Notes under the pieces: generated by a model
Databases searched by the model: none
What the model saw: only the letters and a program-made list of their open reading frames with translations
What the model was told of the DNA's origin: nothing
Translations under genes and position numbers: made by a program
Shown: positions 30,773-40,928 of the stretch, in pieces
Layout of the letters: every line of letters begins with the position of its first letter
Numbering within the stretch: position 1 is the stretch's first letter
From: a virus
Length of the DNA stretch: 64,000 nucleotides
Virus record (IMG/VR): IMGVR_UViG_3300007276_000045
Location: 8,735-72,734 of that record
Strand: one strand, 5' to 3'

Positions 30773-31992
30773 TATGCTGTGTATGGTCCTCCACCAAGAC
30801 TGTCGTTGATTCTAACCTGAGGTCCACCATCAATGGTAACCACTCCTCCGTTAATGTCAACTGCGCTCTGTCCATTAATTTGTACTTCTGGGCTGTTAAT
30901 CTCCACCTTCGTATCGCTCTGTAGTGTAAGCTTTCCAGCGGCAACAACGTCAACGCTGCCCCCACCATCAATTATGATTCTAGAGTTTTGTCCCGGAGTA
31001 TTTATATAGATCACTGAGTCATCTTCTTTTGCTTCGAGAGAAATGTTGTTATGATGACTCACCAATTGAATGCACCCAGTGGTCTGATTTCCAAAGACCC
31101 CTTGGCGACTAGCCTTATACCCGCCTACTCCCGGATCTCCAAGCTTGGTATGCTTCTGGGCACCATACTCTTTAGACCCTGTAGACTTGTTTTCGATCTG
31201 CATATTCAAACCATCTTCTACCCAAATATGAAATCTGTTAAATAGGGTGTACATATTAACAGGACCGTGAGTACGCATATGGTATTCCCCCTCTGCAAAG
31301 GGGCTTTCTGGGCTAAGGCCAGTGCTCCAAATGAAGAAGTCCTTACCCCTGTGCTCGTTTGTCATTACAATACCGTCAACGACTGGGGAGTCAACAGCTT
31401 GAATACGTTTACCATTTCCACTCATGATACCAATGGCATAATCTTGGAATGGGTCGGCAGATTCAGAAGTTGAGTTGTACCTATCGGTAATCTGGAAAGC
31501 GTCACCTCGGTGGTTAGTAAAGCCTAGCTGCTCAGGGATTACACCCTTTCCATCATACATTCCTTTGAATCTTTCAGGAATCCAACCTAGGTTTTCTTTA
31601 GTGGAGACTGCTACCTGATCTTCTGCTAATCCCGGACCATGCTGTCCCGGTTTGTTTTTTGGCACATACTCAGTGCTGGGCGTGGCTTTCTTATTTGCAA
31701 AATTTCTATCTTGTTGGTTGTTCCCCTCAATAGCTCCCATAACAGAACCCAGATAAAAGTAACCCTTAAAGTTATCTCCATCTAATGCTGCGTTTGGTTC
31801 ATACCCTACCAAAACTTGAGCACCTACAGGTGGTAAAAAGAACGCACCTTCCTTGGAGTTTCCGTAAGGAGACACATACCTGACATTCTCCACAATAGCT
31901 CTACCCTCTTCAACGGGTCCAAACGAGACCTTAAATAGACCTGTTCTGGAGATGTCTGCTTTTGATTTTACTGTTCCAATTTTAAGATCCAT
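30772..31992 (-). CDS. Baseplate central spike (gp5/VgrG-like OB fold plus beta-helix; no lysozyme domain seen)
   Basis: SPYG...G.FFLPPVGAQVLV...YLGSV OB-fold motif; C-terminal repeated V.I.G strands ending VRIND. Confidence 0.7.
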   Translation of the reverse strand: MDLKIGTVKSKADISRTGLFKVSFGPVEEGRAIVENVRYVSPYGNSKEGAFFLPPVGAQVLVGYEPNAALDGDNFKGYFYLGSVMGAIEGNNQQDRNFANKKATPSTEYVPKNKPGQHGPGLAEDQVAVSTKENLGWIPERFKGMYDGKGVIPEQLGFTNHRGDAFQITDRYNSTSESADPFQDYAIGIMSGNGKRIQAVDSPVVDGIVMTNEHRGKDFFIWSTGLSPESPFAEGEYHMRTHGPVNMYTLFNRFHIWVEDGLNMQIENKSTGSKEYGAQKHTKLGDPGVGGYKASRQGVFGNQTTGCIQLVSHHNNISLEAKEDDSVIYINTPGQNSRIIIDGGGSVDVVAAGKLTLQSDTKVEINSPEVQINGQSAVDINGGVVTIDGGPQVRINDSLGGGPYTA

Positions 31993-34736
31993 CAGTCATC
32001 CTCATTGGGTTTCGCAAGCCCCTTGTTTCCGGGTCTTGATAGGTAGAAAGTAGATTTAGCAGACTGCGCTGAAATTGAATGCTTAAACCCAATCATATTA
32101 TAGATGCCACTAAACCAAGTAGTATTGCCTTTATAGCTTTCTTGGGGATTATTTGGGATAGTAATTCTAGGTTCCACACAGTGAACAACACACGCCTTAT
32201 TTAACACTCTTCGATCTGTGGATAAGGCAAACATAGGCAAAGTGCTAATGTTTCCATTCAAAGCCATCTGGTTAATATTTTGTGTTACACGAACACTATT
32301 TGCAATCGCTGCCTTACTGGGATTCTTTGAAGGAGTAACCTGCTCCATGGTGGGCTTAGAAGCTTTGTATAATTGAGAAAATGCTTCCCACATAAATTTC
32401 ATGAACTTTTGTTTACCATCCAAACCGCCGAACCAGTCACTTGAGAAAGACTTGTCAGACATGTTCTGATACTTATCGGAGTCTAATTGATCGAAAACCT
32501 CTTGCCACTGCTCGAAGTTTTGGATATCATCTCCACTGAGGTAATCGTGGTCGTAGTAATTTTCCATCAACTTTTCAAAACCCCTAGGCACTTTTGTCTC
32601 AGGGTCAACGTCAGTCAGATCTAAAGTTGCAATGCCCTTAAATATGCGTGCAGCCTCGGCTTCAAAGCCAGCAGGGATCATACCTGCTACGCCTCCAAAA
32701 GCCTGCCTTCCAATCGGGCTTGAGGAGTTCATTGCTGCAATATACTGATTGTCTAAATTAAAATTAACAGATAAGATATTTGGGTTCTTATTTCCAAAGC
32801 TAAACAATGGCATTCGAGAAGCTAGTAAAGGATTAGCTTTTTTCGCATCCTTGGAAGCGTTCTGTAAGTTTGTATCTGCTGGGAAGGTAGCGTCTAATTC
32901 GTTACTACCATTGTACTGTTTTCCAAAGGGGCCAATCCAACTAGTAGGAACAAAGTAATCGAACACATCTTTAGCAAACTCTGAATTAAGACCTCGTAGC
33001 TGATCCAATCGGTGAACGTAGTCGGTTAGTTTCTCATCAACGTAGGCTAATAGGTCACCTGTGTCTGCAAAAGAAGCATCCTTTATAGTTTGCTCCTCTG
33101 CATCTGCGTCTTGTGCCTTTGCTCTAGCCTTAGCAGTTGTTTCATAAACTCTACCATATAAAACTTGATCTACAATGTTTCTTTCGCCCCATAGAAGAAC
33201 AGGCTGTCTATTATTAGTAATTAGACCTTTTTCAAATAAAATCTGAATAAGGTTGAAGTCGGTAATAACATTAACCTGATTCATAAACTGAGTGGGGATG
33301 GCTTTATCGTCTGGAGCGTATTCAGCCATCTTGTTTGCGATGGCCTTACCTACCTCACTTAGAGTCTGTAGGAAGGTCTTCTTAGGAATTTCAGTTTGTA
33401 GAACTGCTCTGTAGTGATTCTTAGCAAACCAATCTGTTACCTTATCAGCAGATCCACACTCCTCAATATACTCAAAAACATTCTCTCCGATAGCTCCTGT
33501 GAAGTTAGAATCTGATCCCGTATCAACCTCACACATACCTAATCCTATACCCTCCAAACACTTGGAATATCCTAGCACATCATCCGCTAAATCTTTCCAA
33601 CTGCCGGGATTGGGGGCACCGAAGTCCGTCATCCCTAAAGTAAGAACCTCCCCTACGGAGGCGTATACACTATCTTGCATCTCAGCGTAATACCCCTGCA
33701 AATAGAAGTCTAAGTCTGGCATGAAGACCAAGACGTTTTCAGATTTATTAGTCGCTGATCTAATGAAATTTTCTATAGCTCCAACTACGGCCCAGTGAAG
33801 GCTAGGCTTAAAAGAATTACCGTCCCCATCGAAACTTAACCCCTCCTCAACTTCACTCCTCTCCGAAGCTTGAATTTGGTAGGTTTTTACAAACTCATCT
33901 GCCTCCTTCTTAAACCCTTCCTCACTGAATAGTCTAAATTTTGAAACACCCTTACATAGTAATCCTTTATTAAAGTTAATACCAAGAGGACTAACTCCGA
34001 GTTGGGTCAAGTTAGGATGAATACTTTTTCCAGTAAAGTGCATAGTTAAAGTTCTAACACCATCGCCTGTAAACCCATAATCAATTCTAAGAATTTTTCC
34101 GAAGCACTGCACAGGTGCCCAGTCCTGCAAGTTGCTCCCTATACCATAGGTGATATACACCTGCCTTTGCATCTTACCCGTATAAGCTTTTAATTGATCT
34201 TTAATAGATTGATTTTTATCATCATCATCTAATACAGAAGTATTTGCAATCTCTGTTTCTATTGCATCAAGCTTATCTTCAAGTTTTGTGCGTTCCTGTT
34301 TGAGATCCTCAAGATTCTTCTTTGGACCAATATAGTTTTTCCTTTGGGCATTTTCTTGGTCTTTCTTTAATTGAGCAAGTTCATTGTCAGCTAAAAACTT
34401 CTCAGACTCTAAAGCCTCTAGACGCTGTAGGAATGGGTCTGATTTAATATCTAACTGCATCCCCAAGCTATTGTCTAACATCTCACTCTCAAAAACACCT
34501 TGTGGGTCCATGATCTTTAGTTTCATTTGGTTATCAGAATCTCCTCCACCAAATGAATGAACCAAATCCAGAAAGTTTGAATTCGGAGCATTAGAGAAGA
34601 TCATGGTTTCTCGTTTCTTACCATCGCTCTGACTATCAATAAACTTTTTAAACGAACCAAAATCCTTAGTGTTCTGGAACGCGATCATTGCTTCAGGGTC
34701 GTAGCTAACTACGATGTTGGCAGCAGGGATATACAT
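31992..34736 (-). CDS. Putative baseplate hub protein (gp27/gpD-like)
   Basis: C-terminal FSGIYN.IG.KHSIS.....STF.L motif; lies between the gp53-like and spike genes. Confidence 0.5.
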   Translation of the reverse strand: MYIPAANIVVSYDPEAMIAFQNTKDFGSFKKFIDSQSDGKKRETMIFSNAPNSNFLDLVHSFGGGDSDNQMKLKIMDPQGVFESEMLDNSLGMQLDIKSDPFLQRLEALESEKFLADNELAQLKKDQENAQRKNYIGPKKNLEDLKQERTKLEDKLDAIETEIANTSVLDDDDKNQSIKDQLKAYTGKMQRQVYITYGIGSNLQDWAPVQCFGKILRIDYGFTGDGVRTLTMHFTGKSIHPNLTQLGVSPLGINFNKGLLCKGVSKFRLFSEEGFKKEADEFVKTYQIQASERSEVEEGLSFDGDGNSFKPSLHWAVVGAIENFIRSATNKSENVLVFMPDLDFYLQGYYAEMQDSVYASVGEVLTLGMTDFGAPNPGSWKDLADDVLGYSKCLEGIGLGMCEVDTGSDSNFTGAIGENVFEYIEECGSADKVTDWFAKNHYRAVLQTEIPKKTFLQTLSEVGKAIANKMAEYAPDDKAIPTQFMNQVNVITDFNLIQILFEKGLITNNRQPVLLWGERNIVDQVLYGRVYETTAKARAKAQDADAEEQTIKDASFADTGDLLAYVDEKLTDYVHRLDQLRGLNSEFAKDVFDYFVPTSWIGPFGKQYNGSNELDATFPADTNLQNASKDAKKANPLLASRMPLFSFGNKNPNILSVNFNLDNQYIAAMNSSSPIGRQAFGGVAGMIPAGFEAEAARIFKGIATLDLTDVDPETKVPRGFEKLMENYYDHDYLSGDDIQNFEQWQEVFDQLDSDKYQNMSDKSFSSDWFGGLDGKQKFMKFMWEAFSQLYKASKPTMEQVTPSKNPSKAAIANSVRVTQNINQMALNGNISTLPMFALSTDRRVLNKACVVHCVEPRITIPNNPQESYKGNTTWFSGIYNMIGFKHSISAQSAKSTFYLSRPGNKGLAKPNEDD

Positions 34737-34742
34737 GATATA

Positions 34743-35045
34743 TTATAGTGGCAGCCTAATTGCTTCACCAGATTTCAATTGTTCGAATACATCAAAAATA
34801 GCGTTTCGTTCACAAATTACCCACCAAGAAAGAGGACTCTCTAAGAACAAGTTTGAAATCAAATCAGGTCGATGCTCGTAACCTAGTGGAATGTTTCCAT
34901 TAGTGTTTCTAAAATTTCTAAGACCCTTCTCGCCTGCGAAGAAGTCCTCATACTGTGCGCTGCCTACTGAAGTTTTTAAAACCTTTCCTTTGTGTTTAAT
35001 CTCAACTTGCCCGTAAGACGATCTTGAACCTTTTTTTCTTTCCAT
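34743..35045 (-). CDS. Baseplate gp53 / LysM-like protein
   Basis: RPDLIS..F...P..WWVI...N.I.D....L..G..I.LP motif. Confidence 0.75.
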   Translation of the reverse strand: MERKKGSRSSYGQVEIKHKGKVLKTSVGSAQYEDFFAGEKGLRNFRNTNGNIPLGYEHRPDLISNLFLESPLSWWVICERNAIFDVFEQLKSGEAIRLPL

Positions 35046-35917
35046 TAGTTAGACCCCTTCCAAAATCCACCCGCAGCCAAGGGGTCTGTGGTGTGTGGTG
35101 AGTTAATAGCACTTTCCCATCCTGTTAAGTTATCTCTCTTTGTAAATACAGCAGGATCATAAGTGCTAAAATCTCCAGTCCTTATTTCCTCTAAATTGAG
35201 GCTAATTTTTACAACTCTAGGTGTAGTGGTTTCTAAGTCGTAACCTCCAGCTTCATCATAAGAAATATTATACGATTTACAAACACAAGGAACTTGTTGA
35301 TACATCGTGCCAAAGTCTATCCTAATCAGTGGTGGGCCAAGCAAGGGATTAGTAGCTTTATTAACTACAGAAGTTCTGAGTAGCGCAACGAAAAATAATA
35401 AAGTGTCTAATACTCTGTTTCTGTCCGTCAAAGATAAAGTATTTAGAAAAGCAGCATTTAAATCAACCCCAAATGGCCCATCAAAATTATCATCATCTAA
35501 CTGTAGCCGAACAAAAGCTTTTTCTACTGCTAGAGACAGTGATTTGTTAGGGTCACCGGGTAAAGGCTTTGAAGAAAACTTAGCGTCCTTCGTGAATAAA
35601 AGTTGCTGGGACTCCTTGCTACTGCCTGAGTACACACGAATAAACCTACTAATTCCCATTGGGTGTTGTGCTAGGTGAGGTAGTGTCATGTTGAAAGACA
35701 ACTTAAACTTCCTAGAGGAAGCTCCTGTGTATGCATATAATGCGCCTGCTCGCCCTATGGGGTTATACTCAGCGTAGTTAGCACTTTGGGTTTCCGTGAT
35801 CGTTGGGTTCTCGTAAAAAGGTAAGAAGACTGTCGTGGTTTCTCCATCTTCACTAGGGTATTCAAAGATGAGTTTATTCCTCTCAGAGAAATATCTGTTA
35901 TTAAAAAAGTTACTCAT
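35045..35917 (-). CDS. Tail tube initiator-like protein (gp48/gp54-like)
   Basis: A.Y.E...IGR......Y.G..SR...LSF and PPLIRIDFG motifs; follows tape measure. Confidence 0.6.
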   Translation of the reverse strand: MSNFFNNRYFSERNKLIFEYPSEDGETTTVFLPFYENPTITETQSANYAEYNPIGRAGALYAYTGASSRKFKLSFNMTLPHLAQHPMGISRFIRVYSGSSKESQQLLFTKDAKFSSKPLPGDPNKSLSLAVEKAFVRLQLDDDNFDGPFGVDLNAAFLNTLSLTDRNRVLDTLLFFVALLRTSVVNKATNPLLGPPLIRIDFGTMYQQVPCVCKSYNISYDEAGGYDLETTTPRVVKISLNLEEIRTGDFSTYDPAVFTKRDNLTGWESAINSPHTTDPLAAGGFWKGSN

Positions 35918-38301
35918 TAGTCTCTACCTGCTGGTTGACCTAAGGGGGATGAATTGTCCATTGTTTCCTGAACTTGCTGTACCCTTCGGTTATGGAGTCG
36001 CGTCTGCTCACCACCGTTTTCATAAATATCTACTAGGATCTCATTCATCTTCTGTTGCTCGCGAATCTGCTCCCGCAACATCCGCGCCACTTCTCTTTGA
36101 GGTTGACGGCCATCGTCTTTGAATCGCTGTGCCTTCGCTCGGGTTTCCTCGATTTCTTTAGGGTCGGTGTATCTAGTGTCTGTGCGGTAGTCCGTCTTCA
36201 TCTTTGGCTGATTTGAACCTAGCTCGGCACTTCCAGCAAAAGGCACAGAGATCTTTGGCTTCGATACCGCCTTAGAAGCCTTAGAAGCCGCAGAAACCTT
36301 AGCTAGTTTCGTAATATCACCCGCTTTAAGTTGCCCTAATGAGGGGCCTAAGGAGGATACTGCCTCCGATAGAATGCTAAAGCTTTTCGCTAGCTCAACT
36401 AGTGCAGGAGCGTGCTTGCCTAGTTGGATAAGTTTATCAAGAGGATTATTTCCTCCCGTAAAGAAACCTACAATACCTCCAACAAGACTTCCAACAGTTA
36501 ATGCAGCGAAGCCTGCGGACAAAGCAATTAAAGAAAGTCCTAACAAAGTGATCTGTAACGGACTAATACTACTCATCCTCTTTAGGGCTTTTGAGAACTG
36601 CTCCATTGGTGGTCCTGCTAGACTTAAAGCGTAAGCTAGGGGGATAAGTGCAACACCTAGTGCTGCGATTCCAAGGACTCCAGCAGCAAATGCTACCCCA
36701 CCAACGCCCGTACCAAGTAACATACCTAAACCAAAGGCAGCGGCACTGAAGATAACTAATGCGCCAGCTAAGAGCAGGATACTACCGATCCCTACTCCCT
36801 TAACCATATTTAAAGCTTTTCCAAAACCCATTAAACCTAAGGAAAGTCCTCCAATAGCAAGAACTCCCATTAGAACTTTCGGGTTGCCAAAAGCAGCGAC
36901 TCCCTTGGCTATCCCTTTAAGCACTCCACCAATGCCCTTTCCAATACCCTTACCTAAACCTTTTACACCTTTCCCTATTCCGGCCAAACCTTTTCCAATG
37001 CCACCGCCCATTGCGCCACCACCACTTGCTGCACCTGCCGCTCCACTCGCAGCACCTTGTGCAACTCTGGCTACGCCTCGCGCTATCACTAAGGCTTTAA
37101 AAGCAATAAATGCTGCGGTAAGAGCAACAATAGCTTTGGTGGCTGTAAGAAGGATTGGATTGTTTAGAATAACACCAGTAACCGCTGTTAGACCTTGGAC
37201 AACTTTGGTCATTGCCCACTGGAGAGGAGAAAATACTGTGCTGTAAAAGTTATCTAACGTGTTGTTAAACTCTTCTTTAATTCTCTTCTCTTCTGCTACG
37301 CTCTGCAAGTACTCTCCAACACTCTTATTCTGAGCCTTCGCTTGAATCACTAACTGGTCGTATGTCTGCGCGGATTTAGCCATCGCTGGTCCGAGAGCGT
37401 CTTCTACGGCTTTGTATGCAATAGCGGGGTCTCCAGTTCCTGCGAGATAAGACTCATACATTCTACTGGCTTCCGCTCCAGCAGCCTCAACCATTCGTAA
37501 TGCATTTTTAGTAGTATCACCTTCTTTATTTAGAAGAGCATTTCGCTCATTCATTACGCCTAGCTGGCTTGCTAAAACTGCTCCCTCAGCAGATGTGAAA
37601 GCGGTCATTACATCTGCTGCCATATCACCTGCTTCTTGACCAAGAGCGGCACCTAGTCTGGCTGTAGCCTCGGCAATTTCGGGTGCGATACCGAGAATTT
37701 TGTACATGGGCATGGCTTTATCCAACCCTTTAATAGTACTCATAAGCTCATCGGTGGTCATGCCGTAGTTCTGGCTCATGGTCATGATCGTTTTCCCAAG
37801 CTTGCCTTGCTGCTCCGAGGAAATACCAACACCGAAGCCAAGCTCACCCATTTGTTTCAAAAGCTTCTTAGAATCACCGCCCGTTAACTTTGTGTATAGA
37901 GCAAGCTTATCCATTCCCTTTGAGTTAACCTCAATACCTGCTGCAAACTTCTCCCCTTGGATCTCATACATATTTGAGAACCCAGTAAGCTTACCAGCTA
38001 AATCATTGTTTGACTGTGCCTGTCTTTCTACAATCTTATTAAGATTAAGACCCCTAGAAAGACCTTTCTTCTGGAGATCAAAAGATTGTTTAATTGCTGC
38101 CTCAACAGCCGCAGACCCCTTCTTGACGGCCCCTTCAACGCTGGGAAAACCCTTCCTAAGATTTTTAGCGGATCTGTCTAGAACGCCAAGATTCTTATCA
38201 TCATTATCCTTCTTCTCTTTGTCATTTTGCTCCTGACGATCATTTTGGCGTGCTAACTCGCTCAGAATGTCTGCCAAGATGTCTTTTGTTGAATCAGCCA
38301 T
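35917..38301 (-). CDS. Tape measure protein
   Basis: 794 aa, helical Ala/Gly-rich with hydrophobic segments; precedes the tube initiator and LysM-like genes. Confidence 0.75.
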   Translation of the reverse strand: MADSTKDILADILSELARQNDRQEQNDKEKKDNDDKNLGVLDRSAKNLRKGFPSVEGAVKKGSAAVEAAIKQSFDLQKKGLSRGLNLNKIVERQAQSNNDLAGKLTGFSNMYEIQGEKFAAGIEVNSKGMDKLALYTKLTGGDSKKLLKQMGELGFGVGISSEQQGKLGKTIMTMSQNYGMTTDELMSTIKGLDKAMPMYKILGIAPEIAEATARLGAALGQEAGDMAADVMTAFTSAEGAVLASQLGVMNERNALLNKEGDTTKNALRMVEAAGAEASRMYESYLAGTGDPAIAYKAVEDALGPAMAKSAQTYDQLVIQAKAQNKSVGEYLQSVAEEKRIKEEFNNTLDNFYSTVFSPLQWAMTKVVQGLTAVTGVILNNPILLTATKAIVALTAAFIAFKALVIARGVARVAQGAASGAAGAASGGGAMGGGIGKGLAGIGKGVKGLGKGIGKGIGGVLKGIAKGVAAFGNPKVLMGVLAIGGLSLGLMGFGKALNMVKGVGIGSILLLAGALVIFSAAAFGLGMLLGTGVGGVAFAAGVLGIAALGVALIPLAYALSLAGPPMEQFSKALKRMSSISPLQITLLGLSLIALSAGFAALTVGSLVGGIVGFFTGGNNPLDKLIQLGKHAPALVELAKSFSILSEAVSSLGPSLGQLKAGDITKLAKVSAASKASKAVSKPKISVPFAGSAELGSNQPKMKTDYRTDTRYTDPKEIEETRAKAQRFKDDGRQPQREVARMLREQIREQQKMNEILVDIYENGGEQTRLHNRRVQQVQETMDNSSPLGQPAGRD

Positions 38302-38717
38302 TATTTAAGAAAAACTTTGTATATCTCTTTCATCTGTTCGAGCTTATAGGTACGATAGCTGTCGATACCTAGTAGCTTAATCAGACTCTTTTTAATCTTA
38401 CCATAGTAAGATGCAACTCGTCTCTTCTTATATAGGTTATCTACGATAGCATTCACTACATCCTCAGAATTACCATCTAATTTAAAACAACTGACAAGTT
38501 TTCCTGATAATCCCGGAAAAACTCCATCTCCTCTTCTATTCTTAATTATAAGGATAACACGCTGGGACTGACTACCGGGACCAACCCCTAGAAAGTATCT
38601 AAAGACTAATAAATCTCCCGGAGTTATCCTACTGGCACTAGCAGGCATAGGCTGGAGAATCTTCGGTCCTCCAACTACTCCTAAAAATTCCTTGGTTTCT
38701 TTTGAAAAACGTGGCAT
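38301..38717 (-). CDS. Hypothetical protein (possibly gp2 DNA end-protector-like)
   Basis: PGDL..FRY and YRTYK motifs loosely resemble gp2-type proteins; function uncertain. Confidence 0.45.
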   Translation of the reverse strand: MPRFSKETKEFLGVVGGPKILQPMPASASRITPGDLLVFRYFLGVGPGSQSQRVILIIKNRRGDGVFPGLSGKLVSCFKLDGNSEDVVNAIVDNLYKKRRVASYYGKIKKSLIKLLGIDSYRTYKLEQMKEIYKVFLK

Positions 38718-38751
38718 AGTCCTGCTCTAATACTATAAATTATATAAGCTT

Positions 38752-39042
38752 ATGAATACTGATATTGATCTCGTTGATTTTATGGATTTACTAAACTACA
38801 CTCTACACAAAGACTTCGTAGAGAAATGGAGATATAAATACTCTGAGAAGTTTATAAAGCATTTCCAGATTAAAGTTCTAGAATCACTTAACAAACAGAA
38901 GATTTTAAAGAGAAGTAGTCTATTCAATTACATGACCAAGAAGTGTAGGTACTCTCCAGACCAAGTAGAAAACTTTTTCATTTCCATAGACATTAGTATA
39001 TACTCACCCCTGATCGTAAATGACAAACCGAGACAAAAATGA
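38752..39042 (+). CDS. Hypothetical protein (96 aa)
   Basis: Clean ORF divergent from the tail operon, AT-rich upstream region. Confidence 0.6.
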   Translation: MNTDIDLVDFMDLLNYTLHKDFVEKWRYKYSEKFIKHFQIKVLESLNKQKILKRSSLFNYMTKKCRYSPDQVENFFISIDISIYSPLIVNDKPRQK

Positions 39043-39139
39043 AATTACCCAGACCCTACTGGCTATTCTCTTCATGGAGAACTTTCCGGGTCTTACCCGG
39101 TTGATCCTATTGGGCTGGCAGCTTTTCTTTCTAGCTGTT

Positions 39140-39931
39140 TTACTTCTTCTTCCGTTTGGATTTTTTGCTAGCCTTTAAGGCAGTAATCCTTTCCTCGCAG
39201 ATGTGCCCAGAATTGAACTCGGGACACATAGGCTTGTAAGCACACCAGTTGCAGAACTGATTCTGCATGGCATGGAATTGATCCTTCTTCATCTTTCGGA
39301 TCTTCCAGATCTGATCAACCTTCTCCTTGATGTAGTGCTTGATCTGATTCGCGGAATACTTACAACTGACGAAGTGGTTGGTGACGGGGTAGTAGTGTGC
39401 TACCGTGATCTTATCCAACGACACACCCAGCTTCTTATGGATGGCAAAGGCGTAGCCTTGCATTTGTCGGTCTTGATACAGGTCTAGTTCCGATAGCTCA
39501 CGCTTTGAAGTCTTGTAGTCAATGATGAGGTAGCCCCCATCCTTGCCTTTGATCACTCGGTCGATAACACCATTGAACTTGATGTCCTTCTCTTTGTCAT
39601 ACACAACTTCATACACCATCTCAGTAGAGACGGTCTCCTGTAAAGTTGCATTGAAGCGGAGGAAGTTCTCTAAACACGTTTTGATCTTCGGAGTATAACT
39701 TTCTGAAAACGTGTAGTCTTTTTTGGCCTGCTCGGCTATAACAAGTAGCTGATCGAGCGTGGTAGCTTGATAGCCATCCTCTAAGATTTTATGAATAAAC
39801 GAGCCAAAGTGAAGAGCGTCAGTGGGAGCATCAGAAGGCTCGGGAAGACGATCAACATACCGATAACGGTATTTGAGTTGGCAATCTTTGAAGGTTTTGG
39901 ATTTTGATTCGGAAATTGTATTAATGAACAT
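39140..39931 (-). CDS. PD-(D/E)XK exonuclease, Cas4/RecB-like, with probable Fe-S cluster
   Basis: S.SK..TF..C..KY, G.FIH..LE, GVIDR, IIDYKT, Q...Y and CNWCAYKPMC (1+3 Cys arrangement). Confidence 0.9.
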   Translation of the reverse strand: MFINTISESKSKTFKDCQLKYRYRYVDRLPEPSDAPTDALHFGSFIHKILEDGYQATTLDQLLVIAEQAKKDYTFSESYTPKIKTCLENFLRFNATLQETVSTEMVYEVVYDKEKDIKFNGVIDRVIKGKDGGYLIIDYKTSKRELSELDLYQDRQMQGYAFAIHKKLGVSLDKITVAHYYPVTNHFVSCKYSANQIKHYIKEKVDQIWKIRKMKKDQFHAMQNQFCNWCAYKPMCPEFNSGHICEERITALKASKKSKRKKK

Positions 39932-40928
39932 TATAGTACCTCAGTATATTAGAGACTACCTGACGGAGAAGTTCGAAGAAAATTACAGGTTATCTTCTAG
40001 CAACGATGAGATGATCGTCCCGTCTCTTTTTGTTCCCGACGATTACAAGCGTCACATGTCCGTAAATTTGAATACGGGGTTGTGGCAATGTTTTAAGAGC
40101 GGAAACAAGGGTAACTTTATCCAGCTTTACGCATACCTAGAAGGTATCACTTATAATAAAGCTGAGTCTGCGATCCTATTCAAAGAGCTTCTCGACGGTG
40201 AAGTATTTAGTGCTCCTAAAGAACTACCTAAGAAAAAGCATAATCCTAAGAGGCAGGAAGAGCTTGGTCTTATTCCCGTCACAGTGGATTCTTATGAATC
40301 AGAAAACAGTCTGATTCAGAAAGCTTGGGCTTTTCTGTATGAGCGTGGTCTTTTTAACCTAAATCCTGATGTGGAGTTCTCTCCCACATACTACATCGCC
40401 ACTAAGGGCATCTACAGAAACCGTCTGATTATCCCCTTCGAATATAATTCGCAGATTTTTTACTTTCAGGCACGAACTTTAGCGGACGAGACACCTAAAT
40501 ATCTTAACGCGACTGGGGACTGGCCTAAGTCCTCCGCAGTTCTATATCCGTATGATACTGAAGCGGATCACCTTGTGGTGTGTGAGGGACCACTAGATGC
40601 CATCTCACTACAGTTGCAGGGTGTGAATGCTACTTGCACGCTAGGTTGTTCAATTTCTGATCTTCAAGTCGAGGAATTGAAGTCTTTTGAAGGGAAGATC
40701 ATCGTAGGTTACGACAACGATGCAGCGGGGAAGAAGGGGGTAAACAGGTTTGATTATCTGCGCCGTCTAAAAAGGATGGCAGACTTGCACATCTGCCATC
40801 CACCTTCGGAAGTTAAAGATTGGAACGAGGCCCATATGAAGAGTATAGGCTTAAAGCGTTTTGTCGAATTGCGTACTACGAAGTACGACTACGACTACCT
40901 TGTTGATCACCTCCTTACGACACTGTGA
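39924..40928 (+). CDS. DNA primase (TOPRIM, DnaG/gp61-like)
   Basis: NRLIIP, FQAR, PKYLN, VCEGPLDA, YDND.AG and KDWNE motifs; start moved to the ATG at 39924. Confidence 0.9.
   Translation: MNIIVPQYIRDYLTEKFEENYRLSSSNDEMIVPSLFVPDDYKRHMSVNLNTGLWQCFKSGNKGNFIQLYAYLEGITYNKAESAILFKELLDGEVFSAPKELPKKKHNPKRQEELGLIPVTVDSYESENSLIQKAWAFLYERGLFNLNPDVEFSPTYYIATKGIYRNRLIIPFEYNSQIFYFQARTLADETPKYLNATGDWPKSSAVLYPYDTEADHLVVCEGPLDAISLQLQGVNATCTLGCSISDLQVEELKSFEGKIIVGYDNDAAGKKGVNRFDYLRRLKRMADLHICHPPSEVKDWNEAHMKSIGLKRFVELRTTKYDYDYLVDHLLTTL

Noticed and set aside
118-38236. Numerous plus-strand ORFs of 60-214 aa in the ORF track opposite structural genes
   Set aside because: Antisense shadows of long minus-strand genes; no SD sites or recognisable motifs.
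39039-39104. 21-aa ORF MKLPRPYWLFSSWRTFRVLPG overlapping the upstream stop
   Set aside because: Only the ATGA overlap supports it; too short to call without conservation data.
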